Positions 49,201 to 58,936 of a stretch of DNA of 59,012 nt are shown piece after piece; the stretch's first letter is position 1, and each line of letters opens with the position of its first letter. The notes under the pieces are model-generated. The model did no database searches. It saw nothing but the letters and a program-made list of their open reading frames with translations, and was not told the origin of the DNA. This DNA is from Candidatus Moraniibacteriota bacterium (lineage in GTDB: Bacteria; Patescibacteriota; Minisyncoccia; Moranbacterales; UBA1568): contig CAITOC010000012.1 of assembly GCA_903893925.1 (NCBI GenBank), forward strand, positions 1-59,012, given 5' to 3'. The position numbers and the translations under genes are program-made.

Positions 49201-51252
49201 CTAGACGTCGAGGTTCGTGACCGTCTTGGCGTAGGTCTGGATGAACTTGCGTCGCGGTTCGACGTCGTTGCCCATCAGGATGTCGAAGAGCTCATCGGCG
49301 GCCTCCGCATCCTCGATCTTCACCTGAAGCATGAGCCGGCTCGCCGGGTTCATAGTCGTCTCCCAGAGCTGTTCCGGGTTCATTTCTCCGAGACCTTTGT
49401 AGCGCTGAATGGACACACCGCCGATTTTCTCCTCCCCTTCCGACGGGGCATCATCGACAGTCTCCTCATCACTCTCCTCGACTTTCTTCACGACAACCGG
49501 TTTTCCCTTCTTCTCCGCACGTGCCTCGGCATCCTTCCGTATCTCCTCAAGTATCTTCATCTTCTCGTCGTCGTTGTAGGCGTAACGGACCGTCTTGCCT
49601 TTCTGCAGGCGATAGAGCGGTGGCTGGGCGATATAGATATTGCCGTTACGCACCAACTCCTCGTAGTAGCGGTAGAAGAACGTGAGGAGGAGTGTCCGGA
49701 TATGCGAACCGTCGACGTCGGCATCCGCCATGATGATAATCTTGCCGTAGCGGAGCCGGGTAATGTCGAATGTCTCGCCGATACCGACTCCGAGTGCGAT
49801 GATGATCGGCTTGAGCGTATCGGATTTCACGACCTTGTCGAGCGTGGTCTTCTCCACGTTCACGAGCTTGCCACGAAGCGGAAGTATAGCCTGAAACTCG
49901 CGGTTCCGACCCTGTTTGGCCGAGCCACCTGCGGAGTCGCCCTCCACGATGTAGAGCTCGGAACGCATCGTGTCCTTGGTCGAACAGTCTGCCAGCTTGC
50001 CCGGGAGTGTCATGCCTTCGAGTGCACCTTTGCGGATGACCGCGTCTTTGGCGGCACGCGCCGCGATGCGGGCCCGGACCGTGAGAAGGCACTTGTCGAG
50101 AATCGCACGTGCGTCGGCCGGCCGGGTCTCGAGGTATTCCGCAAGTCCTTCCGAGAGCGCTGATGAAACGATACCGCGAACCTCGCTGTTGCCGAGTTTT
50201 GCCTTGGTCTGGCCCTCGAACTGCGGATTCGGCAATTTGACGGAAATGACCGCGGTCAGTCCCTCGCGCAAATCATCCGCCGTCATCGCACCGTCTTTTT
50301 CCTTGAGAAGGCCGTTCTTCTTGGCATAATCGTTGAGGACCCTGGTAAGCGCCATCTTGAACCCGGTCACGTGCATACCCCCCTCGGGATTGAAGATATT
50401 GTTCGCGAACGCGAAAAGGTGTTCCTTGTAGCTGTCGGTATATTGAAGCGAAATCTCGACGTAGACGCCGTCGATCGTCTTCTCGATATAGACCGGCACT
50501 TCGTTCTTGACATCGCGACGACGGTTCAGGAATTTGACGAACGAGATGATGCCCGAATCGAAGTAGAACCCGTAGCGCTTCGCAAGGTGTGCGCTCCCGG
50601 GAGCATCCGCCTCGCGCAGGTCCTCGACCTGGATACGGACACCCTTGGTGAGATATGCCTGATACCGGAGGTATTCGAGGATTTTCTCCCAACCGTATTC
50701 GATTTCCGGGAAAATTTCCGAGTCCGCCTTGAACGTGATAGTCGTACCGGTATCCGTCGCCTTACCGATCGGTTTCACCGACCCTTGGGGGATACCGCGC
50801 TTGAATTCCTGCATCCAGAGTTTCCCTTCACGACGCACGGTCACACGGGTCCATTCGGACAAGGCGTTCACGACCGAGACACCGACACCGTGGAGTCCGC
50901 CGGAAATCTTGTACCCGTCACCACCGAACTTGCCACCGGCATGCAAGACGGTGAGTACTGTTTCGAGGGTGGATTTTTTCGTCTGCGGATGGATCTCGAC
51001 CGGGATGCCACGACCATTATCCTCGACTTCGACGACATTGTCCGGCAAGAGACGAATCTGGACTTCGGTACAATACCCGGCCATCGCCTCATCGATCGAG
51101 TTGTTCACGATCTCCCAGACAAGGTGATGCAAGCCCTCGGTCGAGGTGCCTCCGATATACATGCCCGGACGCTTGCGGACCGGGTCGAGCCCTTCGAGCA
51201 CCTGGATGGATTTCGCCCCGTAGTTTGATTTTTCCGCGTCTTTCTTTGCCAT
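49201..51252 (-). CDS. gyrB: DNA gyrase subunit B
   Basis: VRKRPGMYIG, GGLHGVGVS, EGDSAGG, PLRGK, DADVDG, QRYKGLGEM. Confidence 0.97.
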   Translation of the reverse strand: MAKKDAEKSNYGAKSIQVLEGLDPVRKRPGMYIGGTSTEGLHHLVWEIVNNSIDEAMAGYCTEVQIRLLPDNVVEVEDNGRGIPVEIHPQTKKSTLETVLTVLHAGGKFGGDGYKISGGLHGVGVSVVNALSEWTRVTVRREGKLWMQEFKRGIPQGSVKPIGKATDTGTTITFKADSEIFPEIEYGWEKILEYLRYQAYLTKGVRIQVEDLREADAPGSAHLAKRYGFYFDSGIISFVKFLNRRRDVKNEVPVYIEKTIDGVYVEISLQYTDSYKEHLFAFANNIFNPEGGMHVTGFKMALTRVLNDYAKKNGLLKEKDGAMTADDLREGLTAVISVKLPNPQFEGQTKAKLGNSEVRGIVSSALSEGLAEYLETRPADARAILDKCLLTVRARIAARAAKDAVIRKGALEGMTLPGKLADCSTKDTMRSELYIVEGDSAGGSAKQGRNREFQAILPLRGKLVNVEKTTLDKVVKSDTLKPIIIALGVGIGETFDITRLRYGKIIIMADADVDGSHIRTLLLTFFYRYYEELVRNGNIYIAQPPLYRLQKGKTVRYAYNDDEKMKILEEIRKDAEARAEKKGKPVVVKKVEESDEETVDDAPSEGEEKIGGVSIQRYKGLGEMNPEQLWETTMNPASRLMLQVKIEDAEAADELFDILMGNDVEPRRKFIQTYAKTVTNLDV

Positions 51253-51320
51253 AACGGTAGTATGTCGTCGGAATTATAGTTGATTGATGTTTTTGAAAAC
51301 CGTCTTGGCTCCCTTTCCGG

Positions 51321-51695
51321 TCACGATACTATCTTCCGTGCCGTGAACTCGATAAGGAGCGCCGCCGCAAACCCGAGGAGCGCGTTCCACCAGGCAAGCA
51401 TGCCGAACCGCGACAGCCCGAGGAGAGAGACAACGTACGCGGACAGGATGAATCCCTGTCGGAACAGCGTATGAAACGATGCTGACGCGCTCATCTCACC
51501 GAGAAACCGGGAAGCGAGTCCGACAAGCACGACGGTGAACAGTCCCGTCAGAAACGAGAACATCGTCCCGAGAAACAATGCGATCCCAACGATGCCGGCA
51601 ACACCCGGGTCAACCAGAAACAGCACCGCGGTCCATGAGACGAACGAGAGGGCGGTAAAAAAACGGACCCCGAAAAGGAGTTTTTGGAATGTCAT
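51321..51695 (-). CDS. Four-TM hypothetical membrane protein
   Basis: VDP, FRQG, WWN..L...LIE pattern. Confidence 0.75.
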   Translation of the reverse strand: MTFQKLLFGVRFFTALSFVSWTAVLFLVDPGVAGIVGIALFLGTMFSFLTGLFTVVLVGLASRFLGEMSASASFHTLFRQGFILSAYVVSLLGLSRFGMLAWWNALLGFAAALLIEFTARKIVS

Positions 51696-52057
51696 AGGTT
51701 CCCTCTATTTTCTCCCATGTATTCCGCCATGAAAATCGAGATGAGGCATGGAACAATCCGACATCCCGAGCCATCATCTTCCTTTCTATGATAGCGTGTT
51801 TCTTCAATATTGGCAAACGGGAAATCACCACTTTTAATGGCTTATATAAGGCATTAAAATGGTATGAAATCGGAAAGATACGACGAACGGCACTCCACAC
51901 ATAACCAAAAAATCAAACTTTCGACGAAGGCGGGGTTTCGAGGACCCGGCCGTCTTTCACATTCCTTTCTGTTTTCTGTTTTTCCACTCCTTCCACGCTT
52001 TCGACTTTCGACTTGTGACTCTTTTTCGCATTTTGTAATCCTTCGCGCGACGAAGGA

Positions 52058-53569
52058 CTAGAACCACGGCTGTATCTCGGTCCAATTCAGATTGCAGGAA
52101 CGGGTTCCTAAAGCATCAAGAGTGACTCCGACCGTACAATCATGAACTTTTCCACATTGGTTTGTAACCTTCCACGCAGTCTCGCCGGAACAATGATTTG
52201 CATTACTGCAATCATATACGCACCATACATGACAAGAAGCATCACTTCCGCCATTCTGACCACGACATGTCCAGGTCCAATCGGGTGTTTGATAGGTAGT
52301 ATCGATAATATCGGCAGAAGCAGGCGTTCCCACGAGAATACCGTCGGTACAGAGTCCGTTTGGAACAGCAGGAGCGACCGGAGCTATCGTCGAGGGTTTA
52401 TATGTATTTGGTTTATTAGTAGCAGGGTTGTCGCTCGGAGTGGAGGCGGAGCCGCAAATACCGTTTGCCAGTCTCGGCGAGTTACAGGAACTATCCGACC
52501 CTCCGTTCAACCCGTAGCAGGTCCAATTCCATTTGAAGTTCCCCAAAGGCAAACTGGATGGAACTGAATTAGACGGAGTCCAGCCCGTCGCAGAAGTACA
52601 CAGGTTGCCACTCGGAGTGAATAAGGTCGCCGTCGACTGTGCGGATCCGCACTGTGCATCTATCTTCCTTGGAGCAGAACACGACGTTGCATACATTCCG
52701 TAATTCGTCGAGCATGACCAAGAAAATGGTCCGGTGGACGGAGCTGAGACGGATCCGGAATATGTCCCAACCGAGCAGAATCCCGAGGCTGGTGCTGTAT
52801 AGGTACTGACGCCATTCGCCGGACCGCAGACCGGAGGCGTCACTGATGCCGAACAAGAAACTGCGCTCCCGCCATTAACGCCGGAGCAGGTCCATGCGTA
52901 AGGACCGTACGCAGGGTCCGACACGCCGGACTTACTACCGACCGAACAAAGGCCGGCCGTAGGTGGCGTCAGGAAACTTCCTCCATTCGAAGGACCGCAG
53001 ACACCATTGCGCGCCCATTGGGCGCTGCAACCGGCATTGGATCCTCCAGGACTGCCATAGCAGGACCATGTCCACGGACCCGAAGCCCCGGGACCCGAAA
53101 CGGCAGAAGCGCTCCCACTGCTACACAGACCCGAAGAAGGAGCGTTATATGAGCTCCCTCCGTTCGCGGAGCCACAGGAACCACTCACTATTACCACGGT
53201 GATATTGATGCATGCTTGAGCAGTATATTCTCCACCAAAACCATCTCCCTGATGACAAGTAGCATAATATGTCGTAGAGCTCATGGGATAGAAGGTTCCA
53301 ACTGATCCGCTTACGGAAGAGGAATTTTCGCAACTGGCAGAAAGAGTCACTGGATCACCGGAGATGATCGTATCTGCACTCGAAGAATAGTTGAGACCAA
53401 CGGAAGGGATTTGACCCCATGAGACCGTAAGGCCATATCCCCAGGTTGGCGGGATAGTCGCCGATCCGGTATAACTGCTACAAGCGTCCGCCCAAACTAT
53501 CATCGGGAAAACAAACACGGACAGGCATGACAACCCAAACGCCACTGAAAAAAGCGCTCTTGTTTTCAT
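52058..53569 (-). CDS. Secreted Ser/Gly/Cys-rich repeat surface protein
   Basis: Signal peptide MKTRALF..WA; five repeats of CG..P..LC..G..W.C.G..GG...C; alternative start 53644. Confidence 0.8.
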   Translation of the reverse strand: MKTRALFSVAFGLSCLSVFVFPMIVWADACSSYTGSATIPPTWGYGLTVSWGQIPSVGLNYSSSADTIISGDPVTLSASCENSSSVSGSVGTFYPMSSTTYYATCHQGDGFGGEYTAQACINITVVIVSGSCGSANGGSSYNAPSSGLCSSGSASAVSGPGASGPWTWSCYGSPGGSNAGCSAQWARNGVCGPSNGGSFLTPPTAGLCSVGSKSGVSDPAYGPYAWTCSGVNGGSAVSCSASVTPPVCGPANGVSTYTAPASGFCSVGTYSGSVSAPSTGPFSWSCSTNYGMYATSCSAPRKIDAQCGSAQSTATLFTPSGNLCTSATGWTPSNSVPSSLPLGNFKWNWTCYGLNGGSDSSCNSPRLANGICGSASTPSDNPATNKPNTYKPSTIAPVAPAVPNGLCTDGILVGTPASADIIDTTYQTPDWTWTCRGQNGGSDASCHVWCVYDCSNANHCSGETAWKVTNQCGKVHDCTVGVTLDALGTRSCNLNWTEIQPWF

Positions 53570-53734
53570 GCTGTTTTGCGAGACGACGTTCTTCTCGAAG
53601 GAGGCCAACCCTGACAAACGGACAGGCACCGATGTGTATTTCATGCCTCTTCACTTAAAGGGAGTGCGGGGAAAACGCACCCAACGCACCGTATTCAGTA
53701 TACTACGATACCATCCCGAAACAAAATGATTCCA

Positions 53735-54724
53735 TCACAAAAAGACATTTCGTATCACCTGAATGATGCTGTCGTTAAAGAGCATCGTCATCAGGAGACC
53801 GGCGACGATCCAGGGCGAGAACGGCATGTTCCTTTGCATGACGATCGAAGTAATCCCCTTTGACGTCAGGAATGCCTGAAGCAGGTCGACTTGTTCCTCA
53901 TCCAGACCATCCGCTTTTATGGAACCAAGCTCCTTCATGAACTCTTTCGGAAACGTTTCCGCCTCACGAAGTGTTATGAGCGGAAACTCCCCCGTCTGTA
54001 TTTCATCGGTATTTTTCGTATATGCTTCGTTATCGGCTATGTATTTCCGTATCACGAGCGAAAACGATACCCATACCAACATGCCGGAAAGGGCCGATCT
54101 CACGACATCGATCATCCCTTTCCCGTCAGACCCGACGATAAACAAGGGAACACATACGAACCCTGTGAGCAGGAGTATCCGCATACTGGCCTTCCCAAAA
54201 TTGGCCGATTTGAATGTCCGAATGATGCTCGCAACAGAAAAACGACCGGGGACAGACGGAAACATCAGGCCGAAATATCCCTTCACGGTGACCCCTCTTC
54301 GCAATTGACCTACCAGATAGGCAAGGGAAAACGCCGCCAGCATCACATAGGCACAAACAAAAACATTAACCAAAAACGTTATCGCCGGAAAGAACGGAAG
54401 ATAGTTTTTCCAGTAGTAATGCAGTGGCAGGAGAAATACGAACAAGGTAAATAATTTTGCATCGCCTGCCGGCCAGAAATTGATCGTCCAGAACAGGTAG
54501 CTTACACACAAAGCGATACCGGCATTCACCACGATCTGGCCGACATACGACATCGTCACGACGCCGATCGACAAACCGATCGCGTACAAGACGAGACCGA
54601 CGACAAGACCGCTCATGATGATGCTGTTCGGTATCCGCTTTCGAGAGATATCCTCGACGACGACTGCTACTCCGATACCGGCAATCAGGGCGAGGAGAAA
54701 GACATTGAATATAATCAGATTCAT
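53735..54724 (-). CDS. A24 family aspartic peptidase (prepilin/preflagellin, FlaK-like)
   Basis: EDISRKRIPN (first Asp), PAGDAKLF (second Asp), C-terminal MPFSPWI..G; ATGA overlap with upstream rSAM gene. Confidence 0.85.
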   Translation of the reverse strand: MNLIIFNVFLLALIAGIGVAVVVEDISRKRIPNSIIMSGLVVGLVLYAIGLSIGVVTMSYVGQIVVNAGIALCVSYLFWTINFWPAGDAKLFTLFVFLLPLHYYWKNYLPFFPAITFLVNVFVCAYVMLAAFSLAYLVGQLRRGVTVKGYFGLMFPSVPGRFSVASIIRTFKSANFGKASMRILLLTGFVCVPLFIVGSDGKGMIDVVRSALSGMLVWVSFSLVIRKYIADNEAYTKNTDEIQTGEFPLITLREAETFPKEFMKELGSIKADGLDEEQVDLLQAFLTSKGITSIVMQRNMPFSPWIVAGLLMTMLFNDSIIQVIRNVFL

Positions 54725-55656
54725 TTCCGTATTTTTTTCACGATTTTATCCTTGTCTACGAATACCGGACTGAGTTCTGTAACGGAATAATACCGACCCC
54801 ACCCATAGATTCCTGCGCAGATATCCCGAAGTGAACATTCCTTACAACATGCCGCTTTCTCACTCATCCAGGTGTCCTGGATACTCTTTCCCTTCTCGTC
54901 CAAGAAATAGATGGTCCTTGCCTCTTCTTTGACAATCTTCCTGGTTTCCGTCGAGACATGTTCGAATCCGGAGAGATAACACAGTGGCACCCGCTCGACC
55001 CGGAATGTTTTTTCTTCCGACGTCAGATGTGTCAACGCCCGATGCAGTTCCAATTCGAAGTCATGCAGTCTCGGAATAACCTCCGGATTTTCGGAAGCGC
55101 GGTTCATAAAGGGGTCGAGGTTATTGAACACAAAATGTCGGATGAACGGATGCCGCGTCGTGAGCCACTTCACTGTCTCTGAGAGGTGATCGGCATTAAG
55201 CTTACTGATGGCGATATTCGCGTCGACCGTCATCGTTCCAAGTTTCTTCAAATTGTCGAGTGCTCCGATTATATTCCGAAGAGAATCAGGATTGTTCGAA
55301 AGCTTCGCCTGCACGTCATCCCGACATGAATAGATCGAGACATGAACATGCCTGAGTCCGGCATCTTTCAGGGATTCCGCATACCCAAAATCGGCCATCC
55401 TCTGACCGTTCGTGATAATCCGTGGCATCACGCCCTTCGCACACGCATACGTGATGAGACCGGTAAGGTCCTTATAGAGTGTCGGCTCTCCCCCGGTGAT
55501 GATCACGCCTTCCCCGCCCTCCTTCTTGATCTCGTCGATTTTGTGCTTCGCCATTGTCAAGGAGAGCCTCCGCTCTGTCGGAGGATTGGAACAGATGATG
55601 CACCGCTGATTGCATCGTCTCGTCACCTGTATATATCCCAGTCGCGCCATACGCAT
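54721..55656 (-). CDS. Radical SAM enzyme with C-terminal CxxCx5CxG cluster
   Basis: CNQRCIIC, TGGEPT, ITNG, VPLC, CKECSLRDICAG. Confidence 0.92.
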   Translation of the reverse strand: MRMARLGYIQVTRRCNQRCIICSNPPTERRLSLTMAKHKIDEIKKEGGEGVIITGGEPTLYKDLTGLITYACAKGVMPRIITNGQRMADFGYAESLKDAGLRHVHVSIYSCRDDVQAKLSNNPDSLRNIIGALDNLKKLGTMTVDANIAISKLNADHLSETVKWLTTRHPFIRHFVFNNLDPFMNRASENPEVIPRLHDFELELHRALTHLTSEEKTFRVERVPLCYLSGFEHVSTETRKIVKEEARTIYFLDEKGKSIQDTWMSEKAACCKECSLRDICAGIYGWGRYYSVTELSPVFVDKDKIVKKIRK

Positions 55657-55661
55657 CTGTA

Positions 55662-56855
55662 TTAAACCTTTCGTCCAGCAAAATTATGCGGTTCGATCCG
55701 TTTCTTGGGCTTTATCTTGGGTTTCAATATTGAAAATCCATTTTTCCTCACATCCCCAATCCATGCCCCGTCACAGGTTTCGAAATACCGACATTCTCGA
55801 CACCGGAGACTCTTCACGAAATACCGGTTTCCGATGAAGAAATGCGTGAATGATTCGAGCGTAAAATCCTTATCCATCCTGAAAACGGGAGTGGGTTTCC
55901 GTCCCTTCATCACTGATCCGCAACAAGGCGGATCCGCTCTTCCCGGTAAGGACTTCTTTGCCAACAGGAGATCGAGGTCGGCACAAAAGCCACTCATAAA
56001 ACAGTATCGGCACCGCTCCCCTTTGCACGACATCGGGATTCCGCGCTCCACAAGTCGCGCCAATCCGAAGTGCATTCCCTTCACCTCGTCATTTATCTTC
56101 ACGGGATTCTGAATGAGATCTTCAAACCCTTCTAGGTACTGAGCCGGCAACCGGTTCGTCCAGATAAACAAGTTCTTGTTTTTCGACAACCCGAATGCGT
56201 CACGTAAATAGTTGTGGGTCTTCTCTGGATCAAAGAACAGCTCACTCCGGTTCTTCCATGCATCCCCAAACGGGATTGGATACAGGAGATCAAATTCGCT
56301 CACCCCGAGTCGAATATAGAATTGGATTGTCTCCTTGAGCGTCTGATAGTTTATCTTGTTGATGACGATGTCTACGTTCACGATGAAACCCTGTTTTTTG
56401 GCGTTCAGCAATCCGGCAAGCGCCTGATGGTAACTCCCCTTGATACCGGACATGCTCTCGAAGTCTTCCTCGATATGGCTGTGGAGCGAGAGCGTCACCT
56501 CGTCGAGTCCGGCCTTCTTCAGATCCTTCGCGAACTTCTCATAGGCGAGCATCCGTCCGTTGGTGATGATCTGCACATGTTCATATCCGAGAGATTTCGC
56601 CTTGGCGATGATCTCACAAAGCTGTGGATGAACGGTCGGGTCTCCCCCCGAAAGAACCGCACGTTTTGCTTCGCCTGAGAGTCCTTTCTTCAGATCGGCC
56701 ACGATCATTTCCACCGGGAATATCGAGCCGTTCTGGTTCTCGCGGTCGAGACAAAACAGACACCGGTTATTGCACGCGCGGGTGATCCGCACCCAGTGTT
56801 TTTTCTGTTCGGCGACGGCATCTTTCACTTCGTTCCTGCCGGTTCCTTTTGCCAT
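55662..56855 (-). CDS. Radical SAM enzyme with two C-terminal Cys clusters
   Basis: CNNRCLFC, SGGDPT, CKGERCRYCFMSGFC, CRECRYFETCDG. Confidence 0.92.
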   Translation of the reverse strand: MAKGTGRNEVKDAVAEQKKHWVRITRACNNRCLFCLDRENQNGSIFPVEMIVADLKKGLSGEAKRAVLSGGDPTVHPQLCEIIAKAKSLGYEHVQIITNGRMLAYEKFAKDLKKAGLDEVTLSLHSHIEEDFESMSGIKGSYHQALAGLLNAKKQGFIVNVDIVINKINYQTLKETIQFYIRLGVSEFDLLYPIPFGDAWKNRSELFFDPEKTHNYLRDAFGLSKNKNLFIWTNRLPAQYLEGFEDLIQNPVKINDEVKGMHFGLARLVERGIPMSCKGERCRYCFMSGFCADLDLLLAKKSLPGRADPPCCGSVMKGRKPTPVFRMDKDFTLESFTHFFIGNRYFVKSLRCRECRYFETCDGAWIGDVRKNGFSILKPKIKPKKRIEPHNFAGRKV

Positions 56856-56874
56856 AGTTCTGACGGTAACACGC

Positions 56875-58014
56875 TTATTCCTTCTCAACAACCGGCCGCA
56901 GTATCTTAAATCCACCGGCCCGGATATCCTCGACCCAGGCACCGTCGCACCGGTCAAAATGAACACATCTTTTGCATCGCAGACTCTTCACGAAATGCCG
57001 GTGCTGAATATAGAAGTCGGTGAATGATTCAAGCGTAAACTGTTTATCCTTCCGGAATGTTTTTCCTTTTTTTACGCCCATCACCTTGATACACTTTGGA
57101 CTCTCCCTGCTTTTCAGATCCCCCTCCTTCATGACCCTTTCGAGGTCACGACAATACCCCTGAAAATAACAGAGCGCGCAACGCGGTCCCCTACACGCAA
57201 TCCGTTCGGCTCCATCGACATACGACGACAATTCCGGATACCTTCCCAGGACATTGTCTTCGAATTTTCCAGGTTCACCGATATACTGTTCAAAGTGCTC
57301 CAGATAGTATTCCGGGATCTTATTGGTTTCGATACGCACATCTTTCGGTATCGGCAACGAAAACACTTTCTGAAAATATGTATATGCCGTTTCCGGAGGA
57401 TCCATCGGATATCCGTCCGTCTTCCACGACGAACCGAAGGGCTGGACCTGAAAAAGATGGACATCCTTCATCCCGAGCGAGATGAAAAATCGAACGGTTT
57501 CACTCAGCTTTTTGTAATTCACCCTGTTGACCACGATATTTATGAAGCACCGTATCCCATGCTTCCGGACATTCAACAAACCCCTGAGTGCCTGTACATA
57601 GCTCCCCTTCGCTCCCGAAATCACTTCGAAGTCCGCCTTGATATGGCTATGCAAAGAAAGGACGATGTCGTCGAGACCTGCCTCCTTGAGATCGAGTACG
57701 AGCTTCTCGTTTGCAAGCATCCGACCGTTACTGATGACCCTGACATGCTTGTATCCGTACCGTTTGGCTTTCCTGATGATTTCGGGAAGGTCGGGATGGA
57801 GAGTCGGCTCCCCACCCGTAATAATAAGCATCTCGGCTCCGGATGCTGAATCTCGTTTGAGTCGTCTGACGTATTCGAGGATTTCTTCAGTCGGAATCAT
57901 CTCGTCTTTCTTTCGGTCACGACCGCTGTAACAAAAGAAGCATTTGTTGTTACACAGACGCGTGACACAGACGATATATCGGGATGTCCCGTCTTTTCCG
58001 GTCGATGCCCGCAT
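56875..58014 (-). CDS. Radical SAM enzyme, paralog of 55662-56855
   Basis: CNNKCFFC, TGGEPT, CRGPRCALCYFQGYC, CKRCVHFDRCDG. Confidence 0.92.
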   Translation of the reverse strand: MRASTGKDGTSRYIVCVTRLCNNKCFFCYSGRDRKKDEMIPTEEILEYVRRLKRDSASGAEMLIITGGEPTLHPDLPEIIRKAKRYGYKHVRVISNGRMLANEKLVLDLKEAGLDDIVLSLHSHIKADFEVISGAKGSYVQALRGLLNVRKHGIRCFINIVVNRVNYKKLSETVRFFISLGMKDVHLFQVQPFGSSWKTDGYPMDPPETAYTYFQKVFSLPIPKDVRIETNKIPEYYLEHFEQYIGEPGKFEDNVLGRYPELSSYVDGAERIACRGPRCALCYFQGYCRDLERVMKEGDLKSRESPKCIKVMGVKKGKTFRKDKQFTLESFTDFYIQHRHFVKSLRCKRCVHFDRCDGAWVEDIRAGGFKILRPVVEKE

Positions 58015-58015
58015 A

Positions 58016-58933
58016 TTATTTTGGTGTATTCACGGGTTTGAATTCGTCCCAACCAAACGCATCCGGATATTCCTTCCACGGACCCTCACAAACGGCATCG
58101 TACCGGCACTTCACGCACGCTAGCCCCTTCGTCTTATCCTTCGTGACGCGCATTTTCTTGTAGTCCTCGATGATGCTTTTCTGATCGAAAATCCGTATAT
58201 CAGGCATCACCGTTTCGGAAATGCTCTCCTCATATCCCGAAAGCAGACAAAACGGCACCCCTTCGGTCATAATCCTCGTATCGAGTACCCGTCCGATATC
58301 GATAGCCCTTTTCAGGTATGGTGCGACCATCTCCATTCTCGGCACCACCGAATCAAAGTTGTTCTTGGCCGCGCCCAAGGGATGCACGAACGCAAACTGC
58401 ATCTGATCGACCCGCAGTCCGATCAACACCTTCGCGATGTCCGGCAGATGCCGATAGTTCGATTTTGTGATCACGGTATTCATGATGACCCGCTGGCCCA
58501 TTTTCTTGAGCGTCCTGATCCCGACGATAAGCTGACGGAAGCTCTTCGCCCCGGTAAGATAGTTATGCAGTTCCGCCGTATGCCCATGAAGCGCCAAGGC
58601 GAATTCGTTGGCTCCGGCCGCGATCATATCCTTGCAGAACTGCTCATACACGAACATCCGGCCGTTGGACTGTATCTGGATCGTCTTGAATCCGGCCTTC
58701 TTGGCCTCGGAAACTAGCTCGATTAAGTCCTTCCGGATGGTCGGCTCCCCGCCGGTGAACACGATCGTATCACATCCTTTCTTCGCCTTTTGGATGATCT
58801 CTTTGAGTTCCGCCGTGCTCTTATTCCCAAATTTCTTCTTTTCCGGTCCCTGCACACAGAACAAGCAGCTGTTGTTACAGAGGAAACCCGTCTTGATATC
58901 GGCTTTTTTCATATACATGCGAGACACGCTCAT
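58016..58933 (-). CDS. Radical SAM enzyme with C-terminal CxxCx5CxG cluster
   Basis: CNNSCLFC, TGGEPT, QSNG, VPFC, CVKCRYDAVCEG; start may be 58912. Confidence 0.92.
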   Translation of the reverse strand: MSVSRMYMKKADIKTGFLCNNSCLFCVQGPEKKKFGNKSTAELKEIIQKAKKGCDTIVFTGGEPTIRKDLIELVSEAKKAGFKTIQIQSNGRMFVYEQFCKDMIAAGANEFALALHGHTAELHNYLTGAKSFRQLIVGIRTLKKMGQRVIMNTVITKSNYRHLPDIAKVLIGLRVDQMQFAFVHPLGAAKNNFDSVVPRMEMVAPYLKRAIDIGRVLDTRIMTEGVPFCLLSGYEESISETVMPDIRIFDQKSIIEDYKKMRVTKDKTKGLACVKCRYDAVCEGPWKEYPDAFGWDEFKPVNTPK

Positions 58934-58936
58934 TAA

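Noticed and set aside
53570..53644. Class III (pilin) signal G|LASFE in the longer reading of the Cys-rich protein
   Set aside because: Glu at +5 fits, but no hydrophobic helix follows; a normal signal peptide from ATG 53569 is more plausible
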